Assembly: GCF_027921745.1 (NCBI RefSeq)
Contig: NC_079240.1
Location: forward strand, 1,860,001-1,924,000
DNA: 64,000 nucleotides
Direction: 5' to 3'
Source of the DNA: Schizosaccharomyces osmophilus
Lineage: Eukaryota
Shown: positions 45,592 to 58,183 of the stretch, one piece after another
How the letters are laid out: each line of letters opens with the position of its first letter
Numbering within the stretch: position 1 is the first letter of the stretch
Translations under genes and position numbers: made by a program
The notes under the pieces: model-generated
Seen by the model: only the letters and a program-made list of their open reading frames with translations
Told to the model about the DNA's origin: nothing
Database searches by the model: none

Positions 45592-48500
45592 ATGGAAACA
45601 TCTAAGAATTCCCCTGAAGCTCATACTGTAAAGAAGGGTGGTCGAAAATTTCCTAGAAAGAATAGAAATTCATCGACTCAATTGTCATCTTCTAAACAAA
45701 ATGGTGTGAATACCGAGCATTCGAAAACCACTTCTGCTACCATAGACGGTGAGCCTTCAGGTTCAAAGAGGGCGTCTTCAGCAGCCTCTCTATCAGCCGA
45801 TGCCCCTAGTTTTGTTCCAGGCATGGGCTTGTTAACGGAATCTTCATTTGGAAACCGTTCTAACGAAACAAACGAAAAACCCTCGAATTCAGAAAAAGCG
45901 GAACCAAATTCCAAAAAGAACAGGAATAGAAACAGAAAAAGGCCTTCTTCAACAAAGAAGGTTGACGGCGTTTCTACTGAACAATTTAATGATACTGCGT
46001 CTTCCAAAAGGAATGGAAGAGAGCATAACAGGAAACCGAGTAATGCCAACGCTGAAAAGCAAAATGAGACAAACAAGCCCAAAGAAGAACCAAAGGCTTC
46101 TAAAGGGAAAAAGAGAGAAGGATCTAAAAAGCCAAAGGAGAGCATTGATCTTTCTAAGCTTGACATGACTTCGAGAATGATTTTCGAGATAAAAAAAATG
46201 CTTTACGAATGTAGTGTTTGTACTGACATTGTGAAAACAAGCACCCCTGTTTGGACCTGTTCGACTTGTTTTCACGCTTTCCATTTGAAATGTACTAGAA
46301 AATGGATGAAAAATTCTATTGAGCAAAGGAACGAGCCGGTCTGGCGTTGTCCTTCTTGTCAAACTCCACAAAAAGAAACGTCTCTGCAGTACACTTGTTG
46401 GTGCGGTAAACAAGATGAACCTGAGTCTGTTAAAGGGTTGACACCTCATTCTTGTGGCGAGCCTTGTGGTAGGACTCGAGGTCAGGATTGTGTACACCCA
46501 TGTCCATTACTTTGCCATCCTGGTCCTTGTCCACCTTGTACGGCTACTGTTGAACAGTTTTGCCTTTGTGGTAAGGAAAGCAAAATAACTCGTTGCTCAG
46601 GAAAGTCCAGAGCTCCCCAAGAATCTTTCAGATGCGAAAATATATGTGGTGAAGTTTTGCCATGCAGTAAGCATACCTGTAAACAACGTTGTCATTCAGG
46701 TTTATGTGGTGCATGCTATGAACCTATTCGTGCAAGCTGCTATTGTGGTGCTCATTCAAAAACATATACATGCTCTGTCTTACCAGATCCCATTTCATGT
46801 GTAAGACTTGTGGATGGCACAGTCGCCGAATATAATGGTTATTATAGCTGCGGCAGTTTTTGTGAGCAGTACTTCGATTGCGGAATTCATAGGTGCTCGA
46901 AGGTTTGTCATCCTCGATCAAAAACTCTTGAACAGTGTCCTTTATCCCCGAGTATCGTAGCAAAATGCTTTTGTGGAAAAAAGAATATTTCCGACCTGCT
47001 GAATGGCAGCGAGCGTAATTCATGCGAGGATTCTATTCCTACTTGTGGAAATATTTGTTTGAAACAACTGCCTTGCGGGCATCAATGTAAACAGAATTGT
47101 CATCCAGGTTCTTGTGGATCTTGTCAAGAAGTTGTCACCGTTCCATGCAGGTGCAAGTTCAATTCCGTGCAGGTTTCTTGTGAGGAACTTCAAAAGGGAT
47201 ATATACCAACGTGTGAACGACTTTGTAGCGTATTACTTAGTTGTGGGCGACATGAATGTAACAAAAAGTGTTGTAGTGGTTATCCTAAGGCACAAGCTCG
47301 TCTGGCTTTACGTCCAAAAGGTGCTTTGCTTCGTTATCATTTACTTTCTGAAGAATTTGAAGAAGAACATATATGCTTACGTCCTTGCAACAAGAAGTTG
47401 GGTTGTGGTAATCATTCCTGCAATCATATGTGCCATCGTGGCCCTTGTCCTCGATGCTTGGAAGCTTCTTTTGAAGAACTTACTTGCACTTGTGGACGTA
47501 CGAAATTGTATCCCCCCATCCCTTGCGGTACACCTATTCCTAGCTGTCCTTATCTTTGTACCTTACCGAAATCCTGTGGACATCCTCAGGTAAAACACAA
47601 TTGCCATCCACCTTCGGAGCCTTGTCCCTTTTGTCCGTATCTTGTGAAAAAGAACTGTCTTTGTGGCAAACATCTGATGGAAAATCAACCCTGCTCGAAG
47701 GAAAATGTTCGCTGCGGAACGGTTTGTGGAAAGCTGTTAGGTTGCGGAATTCACAAGTGTGAGAAAACATGCCATCGCGAGGGAGAATGCGAAAGTGTTT
47801 GCAGAAAACCTTGTGGAAAGCGTAGATTGTATTGTGAGCATACTTGTGAATTACCTTGTCATTCCGAAATCCCATGCGATCAGAAAGTGTCATGTAAAGC
47901 AATGGTGGCTGCTGTGTGTTCATGTGGATTAATTAAGACTCAGGTATCTTGTGGTGCAAGTTTTGAAAATCCTTCTCCTGAGCATAAAATATCTTGTACA
48001 GTAGACTGCGCAAGAGAAGAGCGTAAACGTGTTTTAGCAGATGCGTTGAATATTAACCCTGATCGAAAAGGCAAAGAGGTTTCACAATATACGAAGAGTT
48101 TATTGATTTATTATCGAGATAACAGAGAATTTGGTCGGGAAATTGAGACAGCTCTTTGTGATCTATGTGAAAGCGAAAAGCCCAGTGTTAGCTTTCCCCC
48201 AATGCAACGTGAACAACGATGGTTCATTCATACTTTAGCAAAGTTATATGGAGCAGAAAGCGAATCATTTGATTCTGAACCTAAACGCAATGTTGTTGTT
48301 TATAATAAAGGTATGGTAAAGACCCCGGGCGTGTTTTTGAAGGAAGCCTTGGATTATTATTCGCAGCATCCAACGATGTTATTACAAAGCGACAGTGCTT
48401 TTAGTAATGCGCCGTCTTCAAATGCGAGCAAAACAGTTGGGGCGGGTCAGGAAGAAATCTTTGAGTCATCTTATGATTCGGAATACAACGCTCTTTTTAT

Positions 48501-48876
48501 CACAGATTTCCGAAAGGAAGGTGAAATCTCTGAGGAAGAGATAAGAAATGCTTTGGCTGATATAGGTGATTTTGAAAGCATAACTTGGTCTATTTTCCGT
48601 GTAGAAAATGGTATTGTTATGAAGCCATTGGGCATTGAAGATATTGCTGGTATATCGTCGCGCTTAATTGCATTACGTGCATTAGTAAATCCGAGGATGT
48701 TAACTGCAAATATTGCTGACCGTTGTGATGTTTGTCAAGTGAATGAGGAGAATGTTGTTAGTAAAATTCGTATGCCACGAATTCGTTCCAAGAAGAAAGC
48801 ATTTTTAAAATTGGCCCCCTCACAATCTTTGAGCGCAGTGAATCCTTTTGAAACTTTGGAAAGAGACATTAATTAA
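45592..48876 (+). CDS. fap1: NFX1/shuttle craft/Fap1 RING E3 ligase with NF-X1 zinc fingers and R3H domain
   Basis: RING CSVC..WTCSTCFHAFH..WRCPSC, repeated CGxHxCxxxCHxGxC, R3H PPMQREQRWFIH, PAM2-like LSADAPSFVP. Confidence 0.9.
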   Translation: METSKNSPEAHTVKKGGRKFPRKNRNSSTQLSSSKQNGVNTEHSKTTSATIDGEPSGSKRASSAASLSADAPSFVPGMGLLTESSFGNRSNETNEKPSNSEKAEPNSKKNRNRNRKRPSSTKKVDGVSTEQFNDTASSKRNGREHNRKPSNANAEKQNETNKPKEEPKASKGKKREGSKKPKESIDLSKLDMTSRMIFEIKKMLYECSVCTDIVKTSTPVWTCSTCFHAFHLKCTRKWMKNSIEQRNEPVWRCPSCQTPQKETSLQYTCWCGKQDEPESVKGLTPHSCGEPCGRTRGQDCVHPCPLLCHPGPCPPCTATVEQFCLCGKESKITRCSGKSRAPQESFRCENICGEVLPCSKHTCKQRCHSGLCGACYEPIRASCYCGAHSKTYTCSVLPDPISCVRLVDGTVAEYNGYYSCGSFCEQYFDCGIHRCSKVCHPRSKTLEQCPLSPSIVAKCFCGKKNISDLLNGSERNSCEDSIPTCGNICLKQLPCGHQCKQNCHPGSCGSCQEVVTVPCRCKFNSVQVSCEELQKGYIPTCERLCSVLLSCGRHECNKKCCSGYPKAQARLALRPKGALLRYHLLSEEFEEEHICLRPCNKKLGCGNHSCNHMCHRGPCPRCLEASFEELTCTCGRTKLYPPIPCGTPIPSCPYLCTLPKSCGHPQVKHNCHPPSEPCPFCPYLVKKNCLCGKHLMENQPCSKENVRCGTVCGKLLGCGIHKCEKTCHREGECESVCRKPCGKRRLYCEHTCELPCHSEIPCDQKVSCKAMVAAVCSCGLIKTQVSCGASFENPSPEHKISCTVDCAREERKRVLADALNINPDRKGKEVSQYTKSLLIYYRDNREFGREIETALCDLCESEKPSVSFPPMQREQRWFIHTLAKLYGAESESFDSEPKRNVVVYNKGMVKTPGVFLKEALDYYSQHPTMLLQSDSAFSNAPSSNASKTVGAGQEEIFESSYDSEYNALFITDFRKEGEISEEEIRNALADIGDFESITWSIFRVENGIVMKPLGIEDIAGISSRLIALRALVNPRMLTANIADRCDVCQVNEENVVSKIRMPRIRSKKKAFLKLAPSQSLSAVNPFETLERDIN

Positions 48877-49242
48877 ACATATCTGGAGGTTGATAAGCTC
48901 TGTTATATATTTATTAAAAGTTCATCAAATGAACTGAGAAATAAGTTTTTGGAAAAGTGGAAAGTGTATGGACCACTTGGAAGTTTTACTTAATGATTAG
49001 ATGAATTGTGTGAACAGGTTTCATTATATGAAGGGAAAAAGTCTTTTTTTTGTTTTAGCAGCGATTTTACAGTGTTTTGTAGATAAACCAGCTAGTTTGT
49101 AAAGCATCCATTGTAAGTCGAATCCCTGTAAAAGTTTTTTTTTTTTTTTTAAGAAGTATAAATAGGTAAAATATTTAACGACAATGTTTTACATTTTTAT
49201 TTCGGTTTTCTACTTATCATGTGGCCTTAGTTTTTCTTTCTT

Positions 49243-52128
49243 ATGGTGTTGACCTTCGATGAATGCAACCCTCACATGTAAGTGACATTGGAGAATCCCA
49301 GTTACAATTGCAAATAGAATAAGGACTTGCATTAAACTTGTTTATAGTGGTTAAGGAAATGCAACGTTTTGAAACCCAAACAAAAGATCATGAATCTAAC
49401 AAAATAAAAAATGTTGACCGGTAGCACATACATGAATGAAGGGTTCTGAAGCTCGTGAAAATGCGTTAAGAAAAATACGTAAAAAGCTATTAAGTCGTCA
49501 AAATTACCAAACGGGTGCGCTGTACGGAAAGCTAACAATCAACATCTATTTGCGAATTTTCTCACTTGTTGGGACTGTAGACTTGTGCAATTGCCATTTA
49601 GTATGCAAGAAATTTTATGAATTATGTCGCTCAAACACCATCTATATAAAAAAGCTACTTTCGATGGAGGCATGGGACACTGCGTTGTCGAAGTCATTAT
49701 ACTTAGAATCTAGAAGTGGGGGAATGTCCAGTGAAGGAATGTCGAGTAGTGTTGAAAAGACCAAGGGTTCACAAAGTGAAAGTACTTCTAGTTACGGTGC
49801 TATGGAGAAATCGATTGGAACATTACCACATTCTTTGTTAGGCACACTGCCAGAAAACGAAACGTCTTTACCAATAGCGGTCGATTACTATACACCACAA
49901 GGTAGAGAAGATGTGATGCATGTATTCGACAGAGTTAGTCACCGAATTGAAATGGCGCGACTAGATTACATTCGTGTTTGGAGAACACTAGCTCCAATGT
50001 ACCGAAATTTGGCCTACGCTAGTAATACATTAGACCCGATAGCTTTTTCTTCCTTCCAAACGCCGGAAGAACAAGCTATTGTCTTAAAGTTTTTACTTCG
50101 ATTTGGTAACTCTAAACCTTACGGATGGCTTGACTCATCTATGCAGAATGCAATTTTAGATATGGCCGTTTTGTTTGAGCAGGCTTGCCTAGATGAGTTA
50201 GCGCTCGGTATAGATTCCCGAAACTTGGAGCTTGTTTCCCAATTTTCACATGTACTGCATGATTTTTCCAAGCCAAGTGTGTATGTTCAATTATACATGT
50301 CAAAGCATAGAGATTATCTACAATCGTACTTTCAATTTGACCCATACAGTCTTTTTACTATGAATTCCGACAATGAGCGCTCACAAATTCAATGGGGAAT
50401 CCTTGAGAATGTAATCAGCGAGACAATCAAGTTACTTACATCAGAATATGCTTTTACTTCAGCATCTTTTCCCGTCTCTGAGCTCGTTGAAATTCCATAT
50501 GCAAGAGAAATCGTTGGGAACTCCTTTAAAAATTATGTTACTTCGATCGTTGAGCATATAGGCGATGAGGAAGGTGATTTGTATTTGATCTTTATTTCTG
50601 GCCTTTATCGTCTATGTAAGCGTTTGTTTGATATTCCTTATGGTTCCCTACTTGTAGACACCATCTTTCAATCTCAAATTGATATATATATTTCCCAGGA
50701 GCTACATAATTTCAAGATTGTCGCACAATCTGTGGTAGATCAATGGGACATGTCTATACGAGAAAAGGAAGGTGCTACTGAGTCTTTCTTTTTCAGGAAT
50801 GTCGGTCAAAACACTGCAAAGAATAATTTCTTGGAAACTTTCAAGAACGTTATGCTGCTTCCTGTTTCCTTGTTTTCTTTCCCTTCTGAAAACAATGAGC
50901 AAACAAACTCAAGTCGGCAAGATCAAATTTCTAAAAAACCTGATTTGTATGATGGTTTGGATAATCTAGATCCCTCAAGATTTGTGCCGTCAAACGTATA
51001 TGTTTCGCAAGATCAATTATCACATCTGCCTACTACAGAGTTGGCAGCCCAGGCTGCCGTTTTGGATTCAAAATTGGAAGGTATAAGTAACATGTTCAGT
51101 TTAGAACTTGCCTTAAAAATAGTGCATTTATGTAAAATCAGTCTTGCTCGATCCAAAATTTTCCTTGGCATCTCAAACAGCCAAGATGAAGATATCCAAG
51201 CTTTGCAGAAAGACCTCTTTGTTCAGTTATTGAGACAATTGGGCCAAGGGCATCTTAAACATGGATTCGACCGAGCTATCGAACATCTATCTTTGTTCGA
51301 TCCTAGAAAAGACTTTTCTAATAATACCGTTGAACCTATTGTTAAATTTCTTGAGCTCATCACCGTTGGTGATATGATCCAGCAAATGATGGACACCTTC
51401 TATAATGAAGAAATGAGTTCAATCTGCGTTCGAGATGATATGTTTGATCCGGCGATTGCCGAAAAAAAAAAATTTGAACAACTGTTGGATGAAAGAGCTG
51501 CATTTGGTCTACATAAAGGAATTGATGTCATTATCGAGCATGTTGACTTCTTGCTGGAATCGAAGACGCCTATAAACTATTTCTCCCCTCAGTCTATTGG
51601 TCTTACAAATACGATGGTTGAACCCTCGGTGGCAGCGAAAAGTATTACTCAATTTTTGCGTACTCATATGAAGCTTCTAGTGGGCTGTACAGATCATGAG
51701 ATCTTGGACTTATTCTACAAAGAGATAGGAATGCGTTTATTCAATTCATTGACCCGTTATATAAAGCAACGTAAATTTACTGTTGAAGGAGGGTTGATGC
51801 TTTTGAGGTAAGTCATGTCTTTATTTTTGATGACAAGATGCACTAACATAATGCAAGTGATTTAAACGTCTATTACGAGTTTGTGGTTTCATTGAAACAG
51901 CGTGCATTGTTACCTTACTTCAGGGCTTTAAAAGAAATTGCACATTTATTCATTATTGATGGCAAGAATGCAGAAGAGATTGGAAAACTAGCAACTGACA
52001 ACTCTCGTTTTTCTACTGCGTTCCACACAGAAGAAGTTTACGAATTCATTCATTGCCGAATTGATTGGCTCAGCATAAAGTATCAAGTTGACAAGGTTAT
52101 TCATGGTTTGGCTTGCTGTATTATGTGA
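49243..52128 (+). CDS. pof6: F-box/Sec10-like recycling protein (Rcy1 homolog); last intron 51808-51857; probable short first exon 49243-49277 (acceptor uncertain, otherwise start 49436)
   Basis: F-box-like LTINIYLRIF..LCNCHLVCKKF; GHLKHGFDRA, VGDMIQQM, EIGMRLF; GTAAGT..CTAAC..AAG intron joins the 51883 ORF in frame. Confidence 0.85.
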
Positions 52129-52259
52129 TTTGCATTTTTGACTTTTGGTAGCAGGTGCTTCACTGACGATTGTTTATGAGATTGATGAAATATTAAAATA
52201 CTGTATCTATGTATTATATTTATAATATGTGTATATAATATGAAGTTTATTTAGATGGT

Positions 52260-52261
<2 letters not shown>

Positions 52262-52291
<30 letters not shown>
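52262..52291. repeat. poly(T) homopolymer, 30 nt
   Basis: Directly visible between the convergent pof6 and rsa4 ends. Confidence 0.9.
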
Positions 52292-52297
<6 letters not shown>

Positions 52298-52458
52298 GAC
52301 AGCGTACATGATTTCGTAGCTAGTCTTAAGATGTGTGATACTGAAACAGTGTAAGCCACTAATAATTAACCCTTGTCATTATTTTTCTAAAAACTATGTC
52401 CAAAATTCCCTTAACTAATTAGCGAAAATAAAGATTGACACTTTATACTCAAACTTTT

Positions 52459-54119
52459 TTAATGCGTCCATATCCGTACAGCTTTGTCGGCACCTCCTGA
52501 GGCAACGCGTTGCCCATCAGGCGACCAGTCTACGGCAAATACCTGGTCAATATGACCTGGCAAATCACACTTCAACTTTTTCGTACGGACATCCCAGACC
52601 TTCAACGTCGTATCTTGAGAAGAGCTTACAAGTAATCTGGAATCGGTAGACCAAGCACACTGATAAACAGCGGCAACATGTCCACGTAGCGTAGCAAGGA
52701 ATTTTCCTGTCTTCGCATCCCACAAGCGCACCGAACTATCGAAACTGGCAGTTGCAATATGACGACCATCGGGAGAAAATGATGCATAGTTTACTACCTT
52801 CTGGTGACCGTGCATTTTGGCAACAGCTTTAGTGGTTTTATAAGGATCCCATAACATTAATTGTAAGTCATCGCTTGCAGAAACAAGACGTTCGCCGGAT
52901 TGTTTTACACATATCTCATAACGCTCTTTAGCTTTGTCGCGTTCCTCACGAAAGTTCTTAGGTTTAAAATCGGTATGATCATAAGCACCAGAGCGCAAAA
53001 CATGTTCCGTAGACAAAGACAAATGATTGACACGGGCAGCGTGTCCCTTTAAAATGTGTAAACATTTTCCCTACGTGTGTTAATAGAACTGCAAAGAAAA
53101 GCAAATAAATTTGTTTACTTACGTCCTTGGCATCCCATATACGAATGGTTTTATCATATGAAGCAGAATAAATCCAATTCTGTCCACCCCATTTGACACA
53201 AGTGATGGGTGCAGTGTGACCAGAAAGTGTATATACAAGAGTCCTAAGTTTGGTGTTCCAAACACGAACGGTGTTATCTTTAGAGCCAGAGGCAAGTAAA
53301 TATGGACCAGACTCCGGACTCAAGTGAAGAGGCTGCCAACAAAGGGCCATAATAGGTTTGGTATGACGGCGAAGTGCATCACCAATGGGGGCGCCTTTCT
53401 TTGGTTCCCATAAACGGATCTATGATGTTAGAAGACTCGGAGAAATAGATGACAATTATACATACAGTATTGTCCATGCTTCCAGTAGCAATGATAGAGG
53501 CATCTGGAGCCCATGAAATACAAGAAACCCAATTCTGATGTCCTTTCAGAGTAGAGATGGGGGTTTGAGTATCGCAGTCCCATAACCTGGCTGTGCAGTC
53601 ACCACTTCCAGTAACCAAGCGAGCGCTAGAGCTTGGAGAAAACTGGGCAGAGATGATAGTGCCGTCATGTCCGTTCATTGAAGCTGCACATCGAGTGATT
53701 GCGCGAACCCGGAAAACTGCTTGAGGGGTATACAACAATGTTAAATGATCTTCGGTTTTCATGAGACCACTATGAAACACAGTAGTATAAAGGTTATCAG
53801 GAATTTCCACAGCATCTTCACCATGTTTTAAAGCAAAGGTGTAAGGAACGGGATCCTCGGGCTAAAAAAAAAACAGAGTTAGTAAGGAAGCTCAAAAAAT
53901 TTTAGATTCACGTACAGAACCAAGCAATTGATTTAAAAGGATATCTAATTGACGAGCCGAACTGTTTCCAGGGACCAAAAGAGAAGGAACTTCATGGCTG
54001 TCATCTGAGGCTCGAAACTGAATATTTACGAGTGGATATTTTTCAGGAACTTCGAACGGAGTAGGGTTCTGTTCTTCCTTTTTCTGTTTTTTGCTTTTAG
54101 GAGGAAGCAAAGTCGCCAT
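52459..54119 (-). CDS. rsa4: Notchless/Rsa4 WD40 ribosome assembly factor; exons 54119-53916, 53861-53466, 53419-53123, 53070-52459
   Basis: MATLLPPKSKKQK, NLE domain (TEDHLTLLYTPQAVFRVR), multiple WD repeats; three GT..AG introns keep frame. Confidence 0.93.
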
Positions 54120-54848
54120 TTTACCGACGTTTTCAGCAAATTGAAATTTGGCTGTGGTAGCAGGTTTTTTTAACAGTATTGAGCTACTAGAGTAAAAAAG
54201 AAGCGAAGCTTTATTACAACGACGAATGACATGTGAGATTGATATAATAAAGTAATTTAAGAACATTATTAAGCGATAATGGTACTACAAGGTGAACACG
54301 CTTTGCTATATATAAATTCTTTGCATAAAAAGGGCTTTGAATATACGACTATGAACAGTTGGTGTGTAGAGGGAACGAAAACTACAGTCCATAGGGATGA
54401 TAAAAATTAGTTGTAAAAGAATATATTGCTAGTGTCTATTTGGACAGGTCAATCCATCAGGATTATATTAGTAGCGGATATTAAACAAAATTATTTCATA
54501 GAATATGCTTTTCAAAGTAGGGCACCACTTGCTCGTTTGAAATTCACAAAGGATAAACGATCTATGTCCTAATCTACAAAGTATCACGCGGCAAACAAAG
54601 AGGAAAAGAAGAGTCGGGACAAGAAAACCAAACTTGGAAAGGGTAAAGGAATATAGAAGAAGTGGGAAACGGGAAGGTAGCAAGGGAAAAGACGTAGATA
54701 AGGACGAAATTAGAAGGCAAGGGAATAGAAAGCATGGACACGAAACGCTAAACAATGTACTTTTTAAATTCAAAAAAAAAAAAGCAAAAGCATTAAATAG
54801 TTCATGGGTAAAAGGATAAACAATAAGTTGATGAGGACGAAGTGGATT

Positions 54849-55841
54849 CTATATGACTCGAGGAGGGAAGCGGAAACTAGAATTGCTGAGAGAAACCGAA
54901 GCAGGCGGATTGGCAAAAGTAGAAGAGATACTAGGAGCAGTGGGCTTAGGACTAGGCTGAGCTCCTGGCAGATCGCGGAATTGAGGTTTCGGGGTATTCA
55001 TCCACAAAGAACTGCCAGAAGTACCTAAACCATATAGCTGATTTTGCATTCGACCGTCGATACTGCCGTCGAAATACCGAGAGCGAATTTCAAAGAAAAT
55101 TCTAGAGGTAAGCAAAGCATCACTACCAGCCTGGTGTTGAGGACCTATACGGTTGATTTGTAAATCATCAGCAATATCCTGAAGGCCTTTCGAATTATTG
55201 AGAAGCGACTTCATAATATATTTAATGTCATAGGTTTTAGGGAAGTAAATACATAAAAATTTATAAAATTCTTCGTACTCACTGGGCAAAGACAACTGGG
55301 TCATGGCCTTCAACAAATATGCAAAGTCGTACCCACTGTGAAAGGTAACCCAAGTGATACCTTCCTGAAGAACAAGACCGCTTCCAATCAGTAGCTCAGC
55401 AAAATCGGCAGGCTCAATTCCTGCATCTTGGTGCTTTTTAAAATCAATTCCGCTTTTCGTGAGAAGCTCAATACTTTCCGGAGCATACATATCTTCCTGA
55501 ATATTAAACCGAAAGTTGAACTGCCAAGTGAATGCTTCCGGGGGAACATTTCCTTCCTCATCACTCAGAGCCAATCCAATTTGAATGATTTTTAAAGTGT
55601 CTACGTTTGCCCGTAGCGTTTGGTAATGGTAATCTCCGCTACTCTTGAAAACTCCCAAAGGCCGGGCCACAACACCTGGAAACTCTGTATCCATAGAGAT
55701 TACGGGATAACGCGAGGCCAAGTTCATGATCAAAGTCATTTCTTGTTCCAGATTTGTTGCCCATACGTCTCGAATTGGTGCCATTTGCGAAGTCATAGAG
55801 CTCATTCCCAAAGGAGGATACGATGCATTCCCTGTATCCAT
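54849..55841 (-). CDS. caf1: CCR4-NOT deadenylase subunit Caf1/Pop2
   Basis: SMDTEFPG, WVTFHSGYDF, HQAGSDALLT (DEDD nuclease). Confidence 0.96.
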   Translation of the reverse strand: MDTGNASYPPLGMSSMTSQMAPIRDVWATNLEQEMTLIMNLASRYPVISMDTEFPGVVARPLGVFKSSGDYHYQTLRANVDTLKIIQIGLALSDEEGNVPPEAFTWQFNFRFNIQEDMYAPESIELLTKSGIDFKKHQDAGIEPADFAELLIGSGLVLQEGITWVTFHSGYDFAYLLKAMTQLSLPSEYEEFYKFLCIYFPKTYDIKYIMKSLLNNSKGLQDIADDLQINRIGPQHQAGSDALLTSRIFFEIRSRYFDGSIDGRMQNQLYGLGTSGSSLWMNTPKPQFRDLPGAQPSPKPTAPSISSTFANPPASVSLSNSSFRFPPRVI

Positions 55842-56167
55842 TTTTTGCCGAAATTAATAAAGATATAGACAAATCCTGGACTTTTATGAGTTTCGGTTGT
55901 TGCTTGGTGTTGTGTTTCGCATCAAACTGAGAGTGAACATTTGAGTAACAAATAAACATGTGTTGCTTTAAGGAACTACATGAAATCCTACCACTTTCTA
56001 CCGAGAATCACTAATCAGTAAACAAAACTCCATCAAATTGAGTCTTTTCGATGGGTTTTTAGAAAGCTGTGATGGGAGTCGAATATTTAAGATTATCGAA
56101 AATTAATAAAAAACAAAACCCTTACTAAGTGGATGCTGTTCCAAGAGACCACATTTCCTATAAGGCT

Positions 56168-56205
56168 AAAAAGTCATAAATTTCAATCGAAATTTATGAC
56201 TTTTT
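56168..56205. repeat. Perfect 17-bp inverted repeat with 4-nt spacer
   Basis: AAAAAGTCATAAATTTC-AATC-GAAATTTATGACTTTTT. Confidence 0.9.
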
Positions 56206-56254
56206 TTTACTAAAGTACTATAAGTACGTTATTGTCAGCAAATATACCAAGAAA

Positions 56255-56349
56255 GACAACGTGGCCGAGTGGTTTTAAGGCGTTCGCCTGCTATCAAGTA
56301 GCCCAGCGGATTCCCTCTGGGAGCGCAGGTTCGAATCCTGCCGTTGTCG
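56255..56349 (+). tRNA. tRNA-Ser(GCT), with ~11-nt intron
   Basis: Identical to the reverse complement of 25116-25210; downstream T-run terminator. Confidence 0.92.
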
Positions 56350-57181
56350 TCAATAATTTTTAATTTTTTTTCAACTTTTCTATCAAGTTGTTTTTTGCTA
56401 TAGTTTGGTTTTATTTTTTGTCTGCCTTTTGACTAAAATCGTTGTACTCGTAACCTTGTCGATTGTCCGCTTCGAATCAACAAGGACGAAGATATTTAAC
56501 TTCTTGTTCGGCTTTACTTGGGTCTATTAGAATTGTTTCCATCACTGAAGTTTCGCTTGTTTTTGTGAAAAAGTACAACGGTTCAACTAGTGTTTGACAA
56601 TGTTGTCACTATCATGAATGAAAACATTCCCTTGGCGAGATTTCATGGAAGAAAAAGGTGAATGTAAAAATAGATAACTGAAAAAAAAACTATCGAATAC
56701 CATGCTCTACAAGGTTCATTCTAATTTTTTTCTTTGCTTGTAAACAAACCATGCTTGATCTTGAAAGTAGCAATGCTACTTTGATAGATGATCCACACTT
56801 ACACAAGTAAAAAGTTACCAAAAGCCATCATAAAGGAGGAAGCTCTTAAAGAGAAAGACACTAGCTTGACAGTTGATTTCTTAACCAGAGACCGAAGTAT
56901 TTGAGCATTGGGAAGTGGAGTTAAGGAATGCTTAAGGATTGAGAATAAAAACTCAACATACATTGAAAAAGTACTTTGTTGAATTCAAAAACGACTAATT
57001 GTCTGTTTGTTTTATATAATTTCTTCCTATTATCTTTACAAGAAGAACAGAATTTAGGAGAAGAGGCGCGAACGAAGAATTCATTTTTGCTATTTTTTGC
57101 CATCTGTTTGATTCACATCGCGTTTTCTCAGTTTGATTGAGTTTACAACTTGTATAATATTATTCATTGGAATTTACAGTA

Positions 57182-58183
57182 ATGAGAAAGTTCACGCCCA
57201 AGTTTGTTCCTCGAAGAAAAGCTGGTCCTAGTACGGAGGAGAAGGAAGTCGATAGTCGGGTCAAAGTTGAATATAATACTGAAAATCAACAGCAATGGAA
57301 AAAGCAAAGACCAAAGCCTGAGATCAACTTGACCGCCTCCGGTCCTTTTGCACTTGGTCCCAACGCTTCTTCTTCAGGAAGTCGTCCAGCGAGCTCTGCA
57401 TACATTCCTCCACCAAGTGCTGCAGGTGTCAAATCTGAAAGTAAAGAGGATACTTTGTCAAAGCTTGCTGCCACTGGTGATGTGGACGAAGATGGGCATT
57501 CTCGAGACATGGTCAACATACAGAAACTCAGAGCGCTGTCTGGTCGAGAAGGGAGTAGTATCGATCTGGAAGGCACCGATTTGCTTGTTCCTGTTATTTC
57601 AGACCGGACACTTCCAGAATCAGCGGATGAAGTCTTGAAGCATCATGCTGAAAGTGCCATTCAAGCTGTCGTCGTGAATAAAGAGGAAGAGGAACAAGAG
57701 AAGCTTGCCTTTGATTTACAATCACTTGCCCAAGATTTAGGTTTGGCACAGCAAGAAGACAATGATTTTAAAGATCAAATCGTTTTGCTTCAGTTCCCTG
57801 ACAAACTTCCTGAATTTCTTGGTCAAGCAGACGTTGATCCCGTATGGCCTGAAGAGGCTACCCAAGTGAAAGAAGAATCAGACGCTCAGGAAAAGCCTCC
57901 TCAGCCAACAGGAGATAGTGGAAATAAGAAAAAGGAAAGCCGTAAGGATGATTTGACTTCTTTACCAGTTCCTGGTTTTCAACCTCCTGCTGGACAAGTT
58001 GGTGTTATGCGAGTTCACCAATCCGGAAAGACTGTCTTGGATATGGGAGGTGTCGACTTTATAGTTCAATCCGGCTCAGACTGTCTATTTCTTCAAGAGG
58101 TCGCAGCGCTTGATTATGAATCTAAGCGTATGTGGAATCTTGGCACATTCCAGCGAAGAATGGTTGTCAGTCCTAATTTTTAA
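57182..58183 (+). CDS. rpc53: RNA polymerase III subunit C53 (RPC4)
   Basis: [11 protein letters not shown]-terminus, [44 protein letters not shown]. Confidence 0.9.
   Translation: MRKFTPKFVPRRKAGPSTEEKEVDSRVKVEYNTENQQQWKKQRPKPEINLTASGPFALGPNASSSGSRPASSAYIPPPSAAGVKSESKEDTLSKLAATGDVDEDGHSRDMVNIQKLRALSGREGSSIDLEGTDLLVPVISDRTLPESADEVLKHHAESAIQAVVVNKEEEEQEKLAFDLQSLAQDLGLAQQEDNDFKDQIVLLQFPDKLPEFLGQADVDPVWPEEATQVKEESDAQEKPPQPTGDSGNKKKESRKDDLTSLPVPGFQPPAGQVGVMRVHQSGKTVLDMGGVDFIVQSGSDCLFLQEVAALDYESKRMWNLGTFQRRMVVSPNF

Noticed and set aside
45950..47950. Cys/His-rich repeated units as a novel repeat array
   Set aside because: Ordinary RING and NF-X1 zinc-finger repeats
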